A stretch of 64,000 nt of DNA from a virus. Its lineage: Duplodnaviria; Caudoviricetes. A program made the position numbers and the translations under genes. Location: the IMG/VR virus record IMGVR_UViG_2561511107_000003, positions 6,264 to 70,263 of that record. One strand, written 5' to 3'. The notes beneath the pieces were generated by a model, which saw nothing but the letters and a program-made list of their open reading frames with translations, was not told the origin of the DNA and did not search any database. This document shows positions 19,590 through 29,716 of the stretch, piece by piece (position 1 is the first letter of the stretch; the number at the start of each line of letters is the position of its first letter).

Positions 19590-21218
19590 ATGCGGATCCC
19601 GTTCACCGAAACTCGGCAGCTGCGCGCCGAGGTGCAGGAGCTTTCCACCGAACTCGCCCAGCAGGCCAACAGCAACCAGTTGCTCGCCGAGTCGGTCGCC
19701 GACCTTGAGCGGGCACTGAACGAGCCCGGATGGAGTCAGGCCCTCGCAACCGCCGACCGGGAGTTCACCGCCGAGGGACTCGTGCGGCTGCGGGCGATCT
19801 GCCGCCTGTACGCCATCAAGTCCCCGCTGATCCGCCGTGGCCTGAACCTGCGGTCGGCGTATGTGTGGGGCCAGGGCGTGGAGATCACCGTGCGGGCCAA
19901 CGGCCACCGCCACCCCGGCGAGCAGAACGTGCAGGAGGTCGTCAACGGCTTCCTCACCGACCCCACCAACGTTCGGGCGGTCACCGGCGCCGAGGCCCGA
20001 GACCAACTGGAGCATGCCCTCGGCACCGACGGCGAGTTGTTCTTCGCCCTGTTCACCCGCCCTCTCGACGGCCGGGTGCAGGTACGCACCATCGCCGCGG
20101 ACGAGGTCGTGCGTGTCATCTGCAACCCGGAGGATCGCTCCGAACCGTGGTACTACCAGCGGCGCTGGATCCGCGAGGTCTTCGACCCGGCGACCGGGCA
20201 TAGCACCCGCACCACCGTCGAGGGCTACTACCCGGCGATCGACTACCGGCCAGCCACCCGGCCCCGCCGTATCGGCTCCCACCCGGTGCACTGGGACGCA
20301 CCGGTGCTGCACGTGACGGTGAACCGGCCGCACGGCTGGCAGCGGGGCATCCCGGACGCGTACGCGGCAATCGACTGGGCGAAAGCGTACAAAGAGTTCC
20401 TCGAGGACTGGGCGAGACTCATGCGGAGTCTCAGCCGGTACGCGTGGAAGACCACCACCCCCGGCCGGAAGTCAGCCGCGGTCAAAGCGCGCGTGGCGCA
20501 GGCACCCGGCCGGGATCCATCAACCGGGGAACCGCAGCACGCCGGCGCCACGGTCATGCTGTCGCCGGACATGGGACTGGAGGCAGTCTCGAAGTCCGGT
20601 GCGACGATCGACGCGGATTCGGGCCGGCCACTGGCCACGATGGTCGCCTCCGCGCTGGACGTGCCCGTGACGATGCTGCTCGCCGACCCTGGGCAGACCG
20701 GAGCCCGCGCCACAGCCGAAACGCTGGACCAGCCAACCGAGCTGGCGATGGGACAGCGCCGTGACCTGTGGGCATCCTGGTACCAGCGGATCCTGCGCTA
20801 CGTCATCACCGAGGCGGTCCGCGCGGTCAACGGGCCGCTACGCGGGACCATCCGTCGGGACGCGTGGACGGGCAGCGAACAGGTGACCCTGGCCGCAGAC
20901 ACCGACCTGACGATCGACATCGTGTGGCGGGACCTCGATGACACGGACGTCGCCACGACAGTGCGGGCGATCAAGACCGCGTCGGACACGGGCACGGTGC
21001 CGCCTGAGGTGGTGCTGCGGCTGTTGCTGACCGCGCTCGGAGTGCGGCAGGTCGACGACATCGTGGGGCAGCTACTTGACGGTGATGGCGAGTTCATGTG
21101 GCCGAACGGTCCGCCGCTGGGTGGCGGGCAGTCAGCGGCGGACCGGCAACGCGCCGGCCAGGACCCGGCCGGCACCGGGCCGGGACGCATGACGCCCGAC
21201 GGTGACGCCGATCAGTGA
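19590..21218 (+). CDS. Portal protein
   Basis: Position after terL, 542 aa. Confidence 0.85.
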   Translation: MRIPFTETRQLRAEVQELSTELAQQANSNQLLAESVADLERALNEPGWSQALATADREFTAEGLVRLRAICRLYAIKSPLIRRGLNLRSAYVWGQGVEITVRANGHRHPGEQNVQEVVNGFLTDPTNVRAVTGAEARDQLEHALGTDGELFFALFTRPLDGRVQVRTIAADEVVRVICNPEDRSEPWYYQRRWIREVFDPATGHSTRTTVEGYYPAIDYRPATRPRRIGSHPVHWDAPVLHVTVNRPHGWQRGIPDAYAAIDWAKAYKEFLEDWARLMRSLSRYAWKTTTPGRKSAAVKARVAQAPGRDPSTGEPQHAGATVMLSPDMGLEAVSKSGATIDADSGRPLATMVASALDVPVTMLLADPGQTGARATAETLDQPTELAMGQRRDLWASWYQRILRYVITEAVRAVNGPLRGTIRRDAWTGSEQVTLAADTDLTIDIVWRDLDDTDVATTVRAIKTASDTGTVPPEVVLRLLLTALGVRQVDDIVGQLLDGDGEFMWPNGPPLGGGQSAADRQRAGQDPAGTGPGRMTPDGDADQ

Positions 21219-21267
21219 CAGGCAACCGCCGGCAGCGGACCGCCGGCAGACGTCGAAAGGGCGGGCC

Positions 21268-22341
21268 GTGGCGATCAACCAGCGCACCCTGCGCCTGCTG
21301 CGCCAGCTCGCCACGACCGTCGGCGAGCACACCGACGACACCACCCGCCACCTCGCCGCCGCCTGGGCCCGCGCCTGGGACGAACTCGCCCCCGCCTGGC
21401 AGCAGGCGATCACCGACATCGTCACCCGCGCAGCCGACGGGCAGTGGCCGGCGCCATGGCAGCTCGCCCGCGTCGACCGCCTCGCGACCGCGGTCACCGC
21501 CACCTCGACCACACTCGACGGACTCGCCACACAGGCCGGCCTCACGACCGCCGCCGGCGTGGGAGCCGTCGTGGCGGCCACCGCCGCCGCCGAACCCGCC
21601 CTGATCGCCTCCCAGCTACCCGGCAGGCTCGCCGCAGCGGCAGCCGCCGAGTACGCGACGACACTCAACCCCACGGCCCTCGACATCATCGTGCGGCGGG
21701 CCGGGGAGCAGATCACCGCCCGCACCCGGCCATTGTCCGACGCGGCGATGGACGCGGTACGCCGCTCACTGATCCGCGGTATCGCTGTCGGCGACAACCC
21801 CCACACCACGGCGCGGAACATGCTGCGGCGGGTGGAGGGCGACATCAACGGCGGGTTGACCCGCACCATCGTGATCGCCCGCACCGAAATGCTGGACGCG
21901 TACCGCACCACCAGCCGCTACGTGCACGCGGCGAACGCGGACGTGCTCGCCGGCTGGACGTGGTGGTCCTCGCGGGACTCACGGACCTGCCCCGCGTGCT
22001 GGGTCATGCACGGCACGGTGCACCCGGTCGGGCAGGAAGGTCCGCAGGATCACCAGCAGGGCCGCTGCGCCAGGCTGCCCAAGCTCAAGACGTGGACGCA
22101 ACTGGGCATCCCCGAACCCGAACCGGCGGATCTACCCGTGGATGCACGCGCCCAGTTCGACGCGCTACCGCCACAGCGGCAGCTGGCGATCCTCGGCCGG
22201 GCCCGGCTCGACCTGCTGCGCTCCGGCCGCATCGAGTGGACCGATCTGGTCACCCGCCGCGACACCCCCGGATGGCGGCCGTCCTACATACCCACCACGC
22301 TCCGCGACCTGCAGCGCCTCGCCGACCGACGCGCCGCCTGA
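21268..22341 (+). CDS. Minor head protein (Mu gpF/SPP1 gp7-like)
   Basis: IARTE, RTCPACWVMHG, HQQGRC. Confidence 0.85.
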   Translation: MAINQRTLRLLRQLATTVGEHTDDTTRHLAAAWARAWDELAPAWQQAITDIVTRAADGQWPAPWQLARVDRLATAVTATSTTLDGLATQAGLTTAAGVGAVVAATAAAEPALIASQLPGRLAAAAAAEYATTLNPTALDIIVRRAGEQITARTRPLSDAAMDAVRRSLIRGIAVGDNPHTTARNMLRRVEGDINGGLTRTIVIARTEMLDAYRTTSRYVHAANADVLAGWTWWSSRDSRTCPACWVMHGTVHPVGQEGPQDHQQGRCARLPKLKTWTQLGIPEPEPADLPVDARAQFDALPPQRQLAILGRARLDLLRSGRIEWTDLVTRRDTPGWRPSYIPTTLRDLQRLADRRAA

Positions 22342-22360
22342 CCTCGAAAGGGGCACGATC

Positions 22361-23950
22361 ATGCGCAGACGCCGACGGCAGCCACCTGCCCCGGTGGGCA
22401 TCGGCCGCGCACTCATCCGCTACACCCCCCGCACCCGCCAGATCCTCACCGAGATCGCAGAGTCGGCGGCGTCGGCGACCCTCGAGCGGCAGGCGCAGCG
22501 CATCAGCGCCACGGAGTCACCGACCATCCTGGAGGCGCCACGCCGGCGTGATGGTCGACTCCCGATCCGGCTGATCCGGGCGGGCTGGTCACTCAACGGC
22601 AACTACTACCCCGCCGACGTGCTACGCCGTGACGGTCCCACCGCCTGGCCGAAGGGCACCCTGTGCTACATCGACCACGCCACCGACGACGAGGACGTCG
22701 CCCGGCCGGCGGGCAGCATCAAGAACCTTGCCGCCGTGCTCACCGAGGACGCCCGTTGGAGCGACACCGAGCGTGGGCTTGTCGCCGAGGTGCGGCTGTT
22801 CTCCCTGTGGCGCGAAGCCATCGAAGACATGCGCGGCGTGATCGGCATGTCCATTCGGGCGTGGGTGCACGGCGACCAGGGTGAGGCCGAGGGCCGGCAC
22901 GGGTTCATCGTCTCCGGCATTCCCGAAGGCCGATCCGTCGATTTCGTTACCACGCCCGCCGCTGGCGGCGGCATCCTGTCATCGGCCCTGGAGTCGGTAC
23001 GCGCTCGAGCCGACGAGGCACGTAGCGTCGGCGGCTGGCTGGAATCCCGGCTGCACCTGTGTCTCACCCAGCTCGCCGACGACTTGTACGGCCAGGGACT
23101 ACTCACCCGGGCGGAACGGCTCACGCTGTCGTCGGCTATCGGCGACGGTCTGGCCGCCTACACCGCGCGTATCGAGGCCGACCAGCCGCAGCTGTATCAG
23201 CGCGACCTCGGCGACGGCCCGGCCACCGCCGAGCCAACTACCGGCAGTACGACCCCGGCCGTCTCGGCGGCCAGCGACCACGTGACGGGCGGCGCCCCGC
23301 CGGCCGCACCCAACCCACCGATGGAAGGAGAATCCGGCATGTCGGGTACCCAGACCGGCGAAGGTGCGCCGGGCGAGGCGGGGACGGCCACGCAGGAGGC
23401 CCACACCCGCACCACCGAGGCCCCCGCCGAAGCGCGGCTGGCCATCATCGAGGCTGAGCGTGACCGTGAACGCACCCGCGCCCAAAGCCTCGGGGAAGCG
23501 CTCACCGAGGCGCAGACTGAGGCCCGCCGCGCGAGCGCCGAAGCGCAGGAGGCGATCGCCGAGATGCGGCGCCTGCGGGCGAACGAAACCGCACGCAGCA
23601 CCATCGCTCGCATGCTGGCCGCCGACGAGTCGGGGGTGCCGGCGGACATGCAGCCGCTGATCGGTCCGCGGGTGCACAGCCAGATCCTCGACCACGTGCC
23701 GCTGTCCGACGACGGCACCGTCGACACGGTGGCACTCGAGGCCGCCGTGACCGCAGCGATCCGCGCCGAGAGGGTCCACGCCGCCAGTCTGTTAGAGGCC
23801 CAGGGCGTCGGCCGGGTCGCCGGTCTCGGCGCCGCCGGCGACCCGACGATGCAGATGTCGCGAGAGCAGCTCGAGTCCAGCCTGTCCGAGGTGTTCCGGG
23901 ACATCGGTATGTCCGACAACGTGGCCGCGCTCGCGGCGAAGGGACGGTGA
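22361..23950 (+). CDS. Prohead protease/scaffold fusion
   Basis: YIDH, GMSIR, SVDFVTTPAAGG protease motifs and a coiled-coil C-terminus. Confidence 0.85.
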   Translation: MRRRRRQPPAPVGIGRALIRYTPRTRQILTEIAESAASATLERQAQRISATESPTILEAPRRRDGRLPIRLIRAGWSLNGNYYPADVLRRDGPTAWPKGTLCYIDHATDDEDVARPAGSIKNLAAVLTEDARWSDTERGLVAEVRLFSLWREAIEDMRGVIGMSIRAWVHGDQGEAEGRHGFIVSGIPEGRSVDFVTTPAAGGGILSSALESVRARADEARSVGGWLESRLHLCLTQLADDLYGQGLLTRAERLTLSSAIGDGLAAYTARIEADQPQLYQRDLGDGPATAEPTTGSTTPAVSAASDHVTGGAPPAAPNPPMEGESGMSGTQTGEGAPGEAGTATQEAHTRTTEAPAEARLAIIEAERDRERTRAQSLGEALTEAQTEARRASAEAQEAIAEMRRLRANETARSTIARMLAADESGVPADMQPLIGPRVHSQILDHVPLSDDGTVDTVALEAAVTAAIRAERVHAASLLEAQGVGRVAGLGAAGDPTMQMSREQLESSLSEVFRDIGMSDNVAALAAKGR

Positions 23951-23954
23951 CGTC

Positions 23955-24308
23955 GTGGCGTCAAACCAGGTGTACAGCGACGGCGACCAGTTCCCTGTTG
24001 TCTGCTCCCAGCCGGCAATCCCCACCTCGGGGGATCCGGTGCTGGTCGGTCAACTGCCCGGTGTGGCACTGACCGACGAGCACGCCGACGGCACCACCAC
24101 CTGCACGTTCGCCGGCGTCTACAACCTGTCGGTACAGGGCATCGACGGGGTCGGCAACAGCGCGGTCGCCGTCGGCGACATCGTCTACTACACGGCGGCG
24201 GACACGCCGAAGCTCGGCAAGAAGACCGCCGGTGTGCAGTTCGGCTACGCGCTCGCCGCGGTCGGGTCCGGCGCGACCGCCACCATCCCCGTCAAGATCG
24301 GCCACTGA
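23955..24308 (+). CDS. Capsid cement/decoration protein (DUF2190-like)
   Basis: SGDPVLVGQLPGVALTD; upstream of the capsid gene. Confidence 0.8.
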   Translation: MASNQVYSDGDQFPVVCSQPAIPTSGDPVLVGQLPGVALTDEHADGTTTCTFAGVYNLSVQGIDGVGNSAVAVGDIVYYTAADTPKLGKKTAGVQFGYALAAVGSGATATIPVKIGH

Positions 24309-24322
24309 GGAGAGATACGCCG

Positions 24323-25558
24323 ATGACCGTCAATGTTCTCGACGTTCTGCCCGAGGTTGCCACCATGCGGGCGCAGGACGCATCAGTCGAATCGATCTAC
24401 GGTGGTGAGGGACGCAGCCTGTCGGCAGCGGCCCGCAGGCGCCGGCAGCAGGAAAACGCCGCCTACCAGCGGCACCTCGTGGAGGCCGCGCAGTTGTACG
24501 CGCAGGTCATCAACGGCAACCGACGCGCCGCGCTCGATTTCCAGGAAGCGATGACCACCAGCGACTTCCAGTTGCTGTTCGGTGACGTGTTGGATCGGCA
24601 GATCCTGGCGAACTACCAGTCGATGCCAGTGCAATGGGACTCTGTTGCCCGCAGGGGCCGGGTCCGCGACTTCCGCACCGTGAAGCGCTACACGCTAGAC
24701 GGCGGAGAGGCAATCCTCGACGAGGTCAAACAGCAGGGAGAGTACAAGGCCGCGAAACTCACCGACGGCAAATACGAATACGCCGTCACCAAGCGTGGCC
24801 GGCGGATCCCACTGGCCTGGGAGACGCTGATCAACGACGACCTCGACGCGTTCGCCGACATTCCCCGCCGACTCGGCAACGCCGCCCGCCGCTCGGAGGA
24901 GCGATTCTGCACGACGCTGTACGCCACGGCGACGGGGCCAGCCTCCGCGTTCTTCAACGCCGGCAACCGGAACCTGATCGCCCAGGCGACGTACGCGAAC
25001 CTGCCGGACAACCCGGATCTGGCCGTGGACGGCCTGCAGTACGCGTTCGAGGTGCTCGGTCGGCAGGTCGACACCGACGGCGCACCGATCTACGTCGAGG
25101 GTGCCGTGCTGGTGGTGCCGCCCGCGCTCGAGGTGCCCGCCCGCAACATCCTCAACGCCACCGAGATCGTCACCGCCGCCGGGTCGTCCGGTGTCGAGTC
25201 TGACGCGGGTCGCACCGACCAGCTGCGGGTGGCGAACTGGATGGCCAACCGGACCCGGCTGGTCGTTAACCCGTGGCTGCCGATCGTCGACACCACCACG
25301 GGGAACACCGCCTGGTATTTGTTCGCAGACCCGGGCGTCGGCCGGCCGGCCATGGAGATGGGGTTTCTGATCGGTCACGAGTCGCCGGAACTGTTCCAAA
25401 AGACCCCGAACGCGGTTCGGGTCGGCGGGGGCCCGATCGACCCCACCGACGGGGACTTCGAAACCGACTCGGTCGAGTGGAAGCTGCGTCATGTGTGGGG
25501 CGGCACGCTGATGGACCCGAAGTCAGCGGTCGCGTCGAAGGGCACGAACTCGGCATGA
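24323..25558 (+). CDS. Major capsid protein (Mu gpT-like)
   Basis: TTSDF, LINDDLDAF, LVVPPALE, WYLFADP. Confidence 0.9.
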   Translation: MTVNVLDVLPEVATMRAQDASVESIYGGEGRSLSAAARRRRQQENAAYQRHLVEAAQLYAQVINGNRRAALDFQEAMTTSDFQLLFGDVLDRQILANYQSMPVQWDSVARRGRVRDFRTVKRYTLDGGEAILDEVKQQGEYKAAKLTDGKYEYAVTKRGRRIPLAWETLINDDLDAFADIPRRLGNAARRSEERFCTTLYATATGPASAFFNAGNRNLIAQATYANLPDNPDLAVDGLQYAFEVLGRQVDTDGAPIYVEGAVLVVPPALEVPARNILNATEIVTAAGSSGVESDAGRTDQLRVANWMANRTRLVVNPWLPIVDTTTGNTAWYLFADPGVGRPAMEMGFLIGHESPELFQKTPNAVRVGGGPIDPTDGDFETDSVEWKLRHVWGGTLMDPKSAVASKGTNSA

Positions 25559-25827
25559 GGCCGGTTCGGCGGAGAAACCCGGTCGCGCTGCTGTGCGAGA
25601 TCGCGGATCTTCTCATCGAGCAGAACCGGCTGCTGGGTGACATCCGTGAGCGGCTACCTGAGCCTCCCGGCGCCAGGCAGCCGTACCCGGTGGGGATACA
25701 CGAGCCGGCCCCCACCGTTCAGCCCGAGCCGCCACCAGCACCCAAGCCGGTGTCGGAGCCAGCCACGAAAGCCTCCCCCGCGGCGAAGGCCACCCCACGG
25801 AAAACCGGGGCGCGGCGCCGCACCTGA
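25555..25827 (+). CDS. Hypothetical protein
   Basis: ATGA overlap with the capsid gene. Confidence 0.6.
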   Translation: MRPVRRRNPVALLCEIADLLIEQNRLLGDIRERLPEPPGARQPYPVGIHEPAPTVQPEPPPAPKPVSEPATKASPAAKATPRKTGARRRT

Positions 25828-25893
25828 TCGTCCGGCCGCCCGTCACCTCCCCAGCACGGGCGGCCGGACCCACACCGACGGGAGGTGGAACAG

Positions 25894-26238
25894 ATGGCGA
25901 TCACCACCGACCCCGCCACCGACATCGGCCGGGTGCGGCTGCTGATCACCGACCTGACCGAGCCGGCCCTACTCACCGACGAGCAGATCACCGCGCTCCT
26001 TTCGATGGAGGGCGACCACGTCAAACTCGCCGCCGCGGCGGCGCTAGACGTGGTCGCACGATCCGAAACACTGATCTCCAAGAAGATCCGAACCCAAGAT
26101 CTGACCACCGACGGGCCGGCGGTCGCCCAGGAACTGCGGGCGTCCGCGGCAGCTTTGAGGGCGCAGGCTGACATCGACGACACCGGGTTCGACGTCATCG
26201 ACTTCGACCCGTACGCCGCCTACCGGCAGGAGGCGTGA
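25894..26238 (+). CDS. Head-tail adaptor
   Basis: DIGRVRLLITD; synteny. Confidence 0.75.
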   Translation: MAITTDPATDIGRVRLLITDLTEPALLTDEQITALLSMEGDHVKLAAAAALDVVARSETLISKKIRTQDLTTDGPAVAQELRASAAALRAQADIDDTGFDVIDFDPYAAYRQEA

Positions 26239-26241
26239 TCG

Positions 26242-26679
26242 GTGCCCGGTCTGCCCGCCACCACGGTCATCCACCCCGACGTCCAGCAGCACCACCGGCC
26301 GGTCGCGGCAGGGCAGATGACCGGCACCTGCCGCATCGAGCGGCTGCCGGCCGGCCCTGCGGTGTGGGATGACGCCGCAGGCACGCACGTGCCGCCCTCG
26401 CCGACGCTGCTGTATGACGGGCCGTGCCGCTACCAGCACCTGTCCCCGGCCGGGCAGCCGATCGTCGCCGACACCGAAACGCCCCTGGCCGACGTTCGAA
26501 TCACCGTCCCGGTGCCCGACACCGTCGAGTACACCGTCAACGACCTGGTCACCCTCACCGGCGCCGCCGACAACCCGGACCTGGCCGGACGGACACTGCG
26601 GGTGACCGCGGTGTCCGCGGCCACCATCTCCGTGCAGCGGGATCTGACCTGCCAGCTACGGCAACCCACCACCAGGTAA
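26242..26679 (+). CDS. Head-tail stopper (DUF6093-like)
   Basis: MTGTCRIER, LYDGPCR; synteny. Confidence 0.7.
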   Translation: MPGLPATTVIHPDVQQHHRPVAAGQMTGTCRIERLPAGPAVWDDAAGTHVPPSPTLLYDGPCRYQHLSPAGQPIVADTETPLADVRITVPVPDTVEYTVNDLVTLTGAADNPDLAGRTLRVTAVSAATISVQRDLTCQLRQPTTR

Positions 26680-26689
26680 GGGGGCGGAC

Positions 26690-27037
26690 GTGAATGACCT
26701 GGAACGGTTGGCCGCGGACATGGACCAAGCCGCCGACCGGCTGCACGACCGCGCCGAGAACCTGGTGCGGGCAAGCACGCTGCGCACCGAGGCCCTCGGC
26801 AAAGCGGGCGCACCGGTGCTCACCGGCCTGCTGCGGTCGTCGATCACGTCGCAGGTCGACAGCGGGCCGACCCGCATCACCGGCGAGACGGGGCCGGACA
26901 CCACCTACGACGTGTACGTCCACAACGGCACATCACGGCAGCCCCCGAACCCGTTCATGGACGCCGCTGCCGACGTCGTGCAGCCGCAGTTCTACACGGC
27001 GGCCGAACGGATCGGCGGGCAGGTCCTCGATGGCTGA
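26690..27037 (+). CDS. HK97 gp10-like neck protein
   Basis: APVLTGLLRSSI, GTSRQPPNPFM. Confidence 0.85.
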   Translation: MNDLERLAADMDQAADRLHDRAENLVRASTLRTEALGKAGAPVLTGLLRSSITSQVDSGPTRITGETGPDTTYDVYVHNGTSRQPPNPFMDAAADVVQPQFYTAAERIGGQVLDG

Positions 27038-27476
27038 CACCGACGTCGGCTGGCTGCACGCGCAGGGCCTCGCCGCGCTGCTGGCGCCGCTGCCCTACGT
27101 GGTGTACGTCGGGGAGGTCACCGACGTCGATGCCGGCCTTGCGTTTCCGTACCTGGTGCTGTGGCCGCCGCCGGCGACACGGCCGACGGTCACCCTCGCC
27201 GGGTACGGCGGCGAGGCGACCACCGTCACCCAGCTCACCGCGGCCGGCACCAGCCCCCGCGAGACGATCACCGCACTGGATCGGGCCTCAGCGCGGCTGC
27301 ACCGCGTGCGCCCAGCGATCCCGGGCCGCCGCTGCTCGCCCATCACCCACACCGAGGGCGCCGCCGGGCCGCCGCAGCCGCGGCTCGACCCGCAGGCCCG
27401 CACCCCCGACGGACGGCCCATCTTCATCACGTTCGCCCAGTTCACCCTGCACTCGTCCAGGAGCCCCGATGGCTGA
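27030..27476 (+). CDS. Tail terminator
   Basis: PYLVLWP; synteny. Confidence 0.65.
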   Translation: MADTDVGWLHAQGLAALLAPLPYVVYVGEVTDVDAGLAFPYLVLWPPPATRPTVTLAGYGGEATTVTQLTAAGTSPRETITALDRASARLHRVRPAIPGRRCSPITHTEGAAGPPQPRLDPQARTPDGRPIFITFAQFTLHSSRSPDG

Positions 27477-27792
27477 CATTCCTGTCCGCAGACCCACATT
27501 CGACGGCGTCAACCTGGCCCTCGGCGCCGCCGCCGCCGGCGACACGGCCGAGTGCGGGCCCGGCTTCGCGTTACTGGTCAACAACGGCAGCGGGGCGTCT
27601 GTCGACGTCACGATCGCGGTGCCCGGCAACACCTCATACGGGGTCGCGACCCCCGACAAGCCGATCAGCGTGCCCGCTGGGGAGCTGTGGGAGATCTCGC
27701 TGCTGGAGGTGTACCGGGATCCGTCCACCCGACGGGCGGCCATCTCCTGGTCGGCGACGACGTCGGTGACCCGCATCGTGGTGCGACGGTAG
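27469..27792 (+). CDS. Virion structural protein
   Basis: AGGAG RBS; beta-rich LVNNGSGASVDVTI. Confidence 0.65.
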   Translation: MADIPVRRPTFDGVNLALGAAAAGDTAECGPGFALLVNNGSGASVDVTIAVPGNTSYGVATPDKPISVPAGELWEISLLEVYRDPSTRRAAISWSATTSVTRIVVRR

Positions 27793-27800
27793 GAGGGCGC

Positions 27801-28067
27801 ATGCCGACGTGGACAAGGGTGCGAGACACCCACACCGGACATACCTTCGATATTGACGCACGTACGCTGCCGCACCGCCCCGGCGTGGAGCCGGTCAACG
27901 ACCCGAAGCGGTGGCCGGACATCGAAGGCCCACGCGCGCAGCCGAGGCCCCCGAAACCTCACGTTGACAAGGGCACACCGCGAGGCGACGCCGGCCGGCG
28001 GCGCACCACTACCACCAGCACCCCGGCGTCAACGCCGACCACCACGAGCAGGGAGCAGCAGTCATGA
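27801..28067 (+). CDS. Hypothetical protein
   Basis: AGGAGG RBS; VRDTHTGH motif. Confidence 0.65.
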   Translation: MPTWTRVRDTHTGHTFDIDARTLPHRPGVEPVNDPKRWPDIEGPRAQPRPPKPHVDKGTPRGDAGRRRTTTTSTPASTPTTTSREQQS

Positions 28068-28561
28068 CTCAGCCGGCCAGCGTCCCCGCCGACGGCAACC
28101 AGGCCGTCTGGTGGGTGCCCGTCCTCGCGGTCACGCAGAGCCCGACCGTCGCCGAACTCACCGCCCCATCGGTGATCGACGCCTCCTGCTTCCTGACCGC
28201 CGAGGGGTGGCAGCCGACCACCAGCGAACAGGTGGTAACCGACCAGAGGCTGTGCTCGACGGAAGACTACGAGCAGCCCGGACGTCTGCAACACAGCCTG
28301 CAGGTGACCTATGTGCACAACCCGGCATCGCCTGCGGACAACGCACTCTATTTGGCGCTGACCAGGCTGACGTCCGGCTACTGGGTGTCTCGCGTGGGAG
28401 TGCCGTACGACCAGGCGATCGCAGCCGGTGACCTCGTTGATGTGTACTCGGTGACGATGGGCTGGCGGCAGAAGACCCCGGGCCCCGCGAACACCGTACT
28501 GACCGTGACCCAGAAGCCGTTCGTCACCGGCCCGGTCGTACAAGACGCTGTGGTCGTCTGA
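28064..28561 (+). CDS. Major tail (tube) protein
   Basis: PTVAEL, DQRLCS, PGR; precedes the chaperones. Confidence 0.85.
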   Translation: MTQPASVPADGNQAVWWVPVLAVTQSPTVAELTAPSVIDASCFLTAEGWQPTTSEQVVTDQRLCSTEDYEQPGRLQHSLQVTYVHNPASPADNALYLALTRLTSGYWVSRVGVPYDQAIAAGDLVDVYSVTMGWRQKTPGPANTVLTVTQKPFVTGPVVQDAVVV

Positions 28562-28650
28562 CCCGGTTTGTGTCGTGGCGGTGTGGGCTGCCAGCCCGGC
28601 CCACACCGCCGCTTCGTGTCTCGGGCTGGCATCAGAAAGGGCTGGAACAC

Positions 28651-29271
28651 ATGAGCGACACCTCCGCGGGCGAACCCGCCGTACCCGCCACCTCCACCAG
28701 GGACCGAGTCCGCAACGCCCGCCTGCCAGAGCGCACCGTCGACGTGTGCCTGCGAGGTGACCTGCAGGCCGAGTGGGAGGACCTGCACCGGCAGCTCGCC
28801 GACGTTGAAGCCGCCGCAGCCAAGGACAAACGGCTCAACGGCGACAAGCATGCCCGCGGTATCGCGCAGCGCATCCTCGCCGTGCAGGACCGCATGCGTG
28901 AGGGAACGATAGTGTTCCGTATGCGTGGCCTGCCCGGTAAACAGTGGGATGCCCTACTCAAGGCACATCCTCCACGGCCAGACAACGACAGCGACGCGCA
29001 GCTGGGCTACAACACCGACGAGTTCATCGCCGCCCTCATCAAGACGTGCACGTACCTGCCCGACGACCTCGACGAGGACACCTGGCGGGAGCTGCTCGGT
29101 GACAACGACACCGAGCGGGCCCGCCGACAGCGAGCCAACCTGCCGGTAGAGGACGGCAAGCTGACCGAGTGGCAGCAACGGGAGCTGCAGGACGGCGCGC
29201 TGGCCGTGAACGTGCGGAAGGTCAACGTCCCAAACTCGTTCGCCGCCTCACGGCTGACCCGGTCCTCCTAG
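28651..29271 (+). CDS. Tail assembly chaperone (gpG)
   Basis: Between tail tube and tape measure; slippery site near the 3' end. Confidence 0.8.
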   Translation: MSDTSAGEPAVPATSTRDRVRNARLPERTVDVCLRGDLQAEWEDLHRQLADVEAAAAKDKRLNGDKHARGIAQRILAVQDRMREGTIVFRMRGLPGKQWDALLKAHPPRPDNDSDAQLGYNTDEFIAALIKTCTYLPDDLDEDTWRELLGDNDTERARRQRANLPVEDGKLTEWQQRELQDGALAVNVRKVNVPNSFAASRLTRSS

Positions 29272-29699
29272 CTGAGGTCCGGGCCGCGAGGCGGCACCAC
29301 ATCACACTGCGGGAGTTCCGCGGATGGGTACCCGAACGGGTCACCGAGCACGAATACGACGCCGACGGTCGGATGGTGCGGTCGACGTCGTGGGCGGAGT
29401 CGGCGTGGGACGAGCAGCAGCGCGGATGGATGCTCGCCCTCGACGCGTACGAGGCGGACCTGTGCCCGCATTGCGGCGGCCCGTCGAGTGTGTGTCAGTC
29501 GGCGGACGCCGACCGCAACAACCCGCGTGCCACCTGGATCTACTGGCCGATCAGCCCCGCCGAGTGCGCGATCAGCACGGCGATGCGGGTCGGTAAACCG
29601 CATCTGGACAAGCTCGACCCGGACGGGCGGCGGGCGCTGATCCCCCGCGCTGAGCGGGTCCGCCGGGGCGCTGCCAAACCCAGCAACGCCATCGTATGA
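29229..29699 (+). CDS. Tail assembly chaperone -1 frameshift extension (gpT)
   Basis: C CCA AAC heptamer at 29229-29235 enters an open -1 frame ending at 29699. Confidence 0.8.
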   Translation, partial: PKLVRRLTADPVLLAEVRAARRHHITLREFRGWVPERVTEHEYDADGRMVRSTSWAESAWDEQQRGWMLALDAYEADLCPHCGGPSSVCQSADADRNNPRATWIYWPISPAECAISTAMRVGKPHLDKLDPDGRRALIPRAERVRRGAAKPSNAIV

Positions 29700-29716
29700 C
29701 AGCCCGGGGGTGAGCG

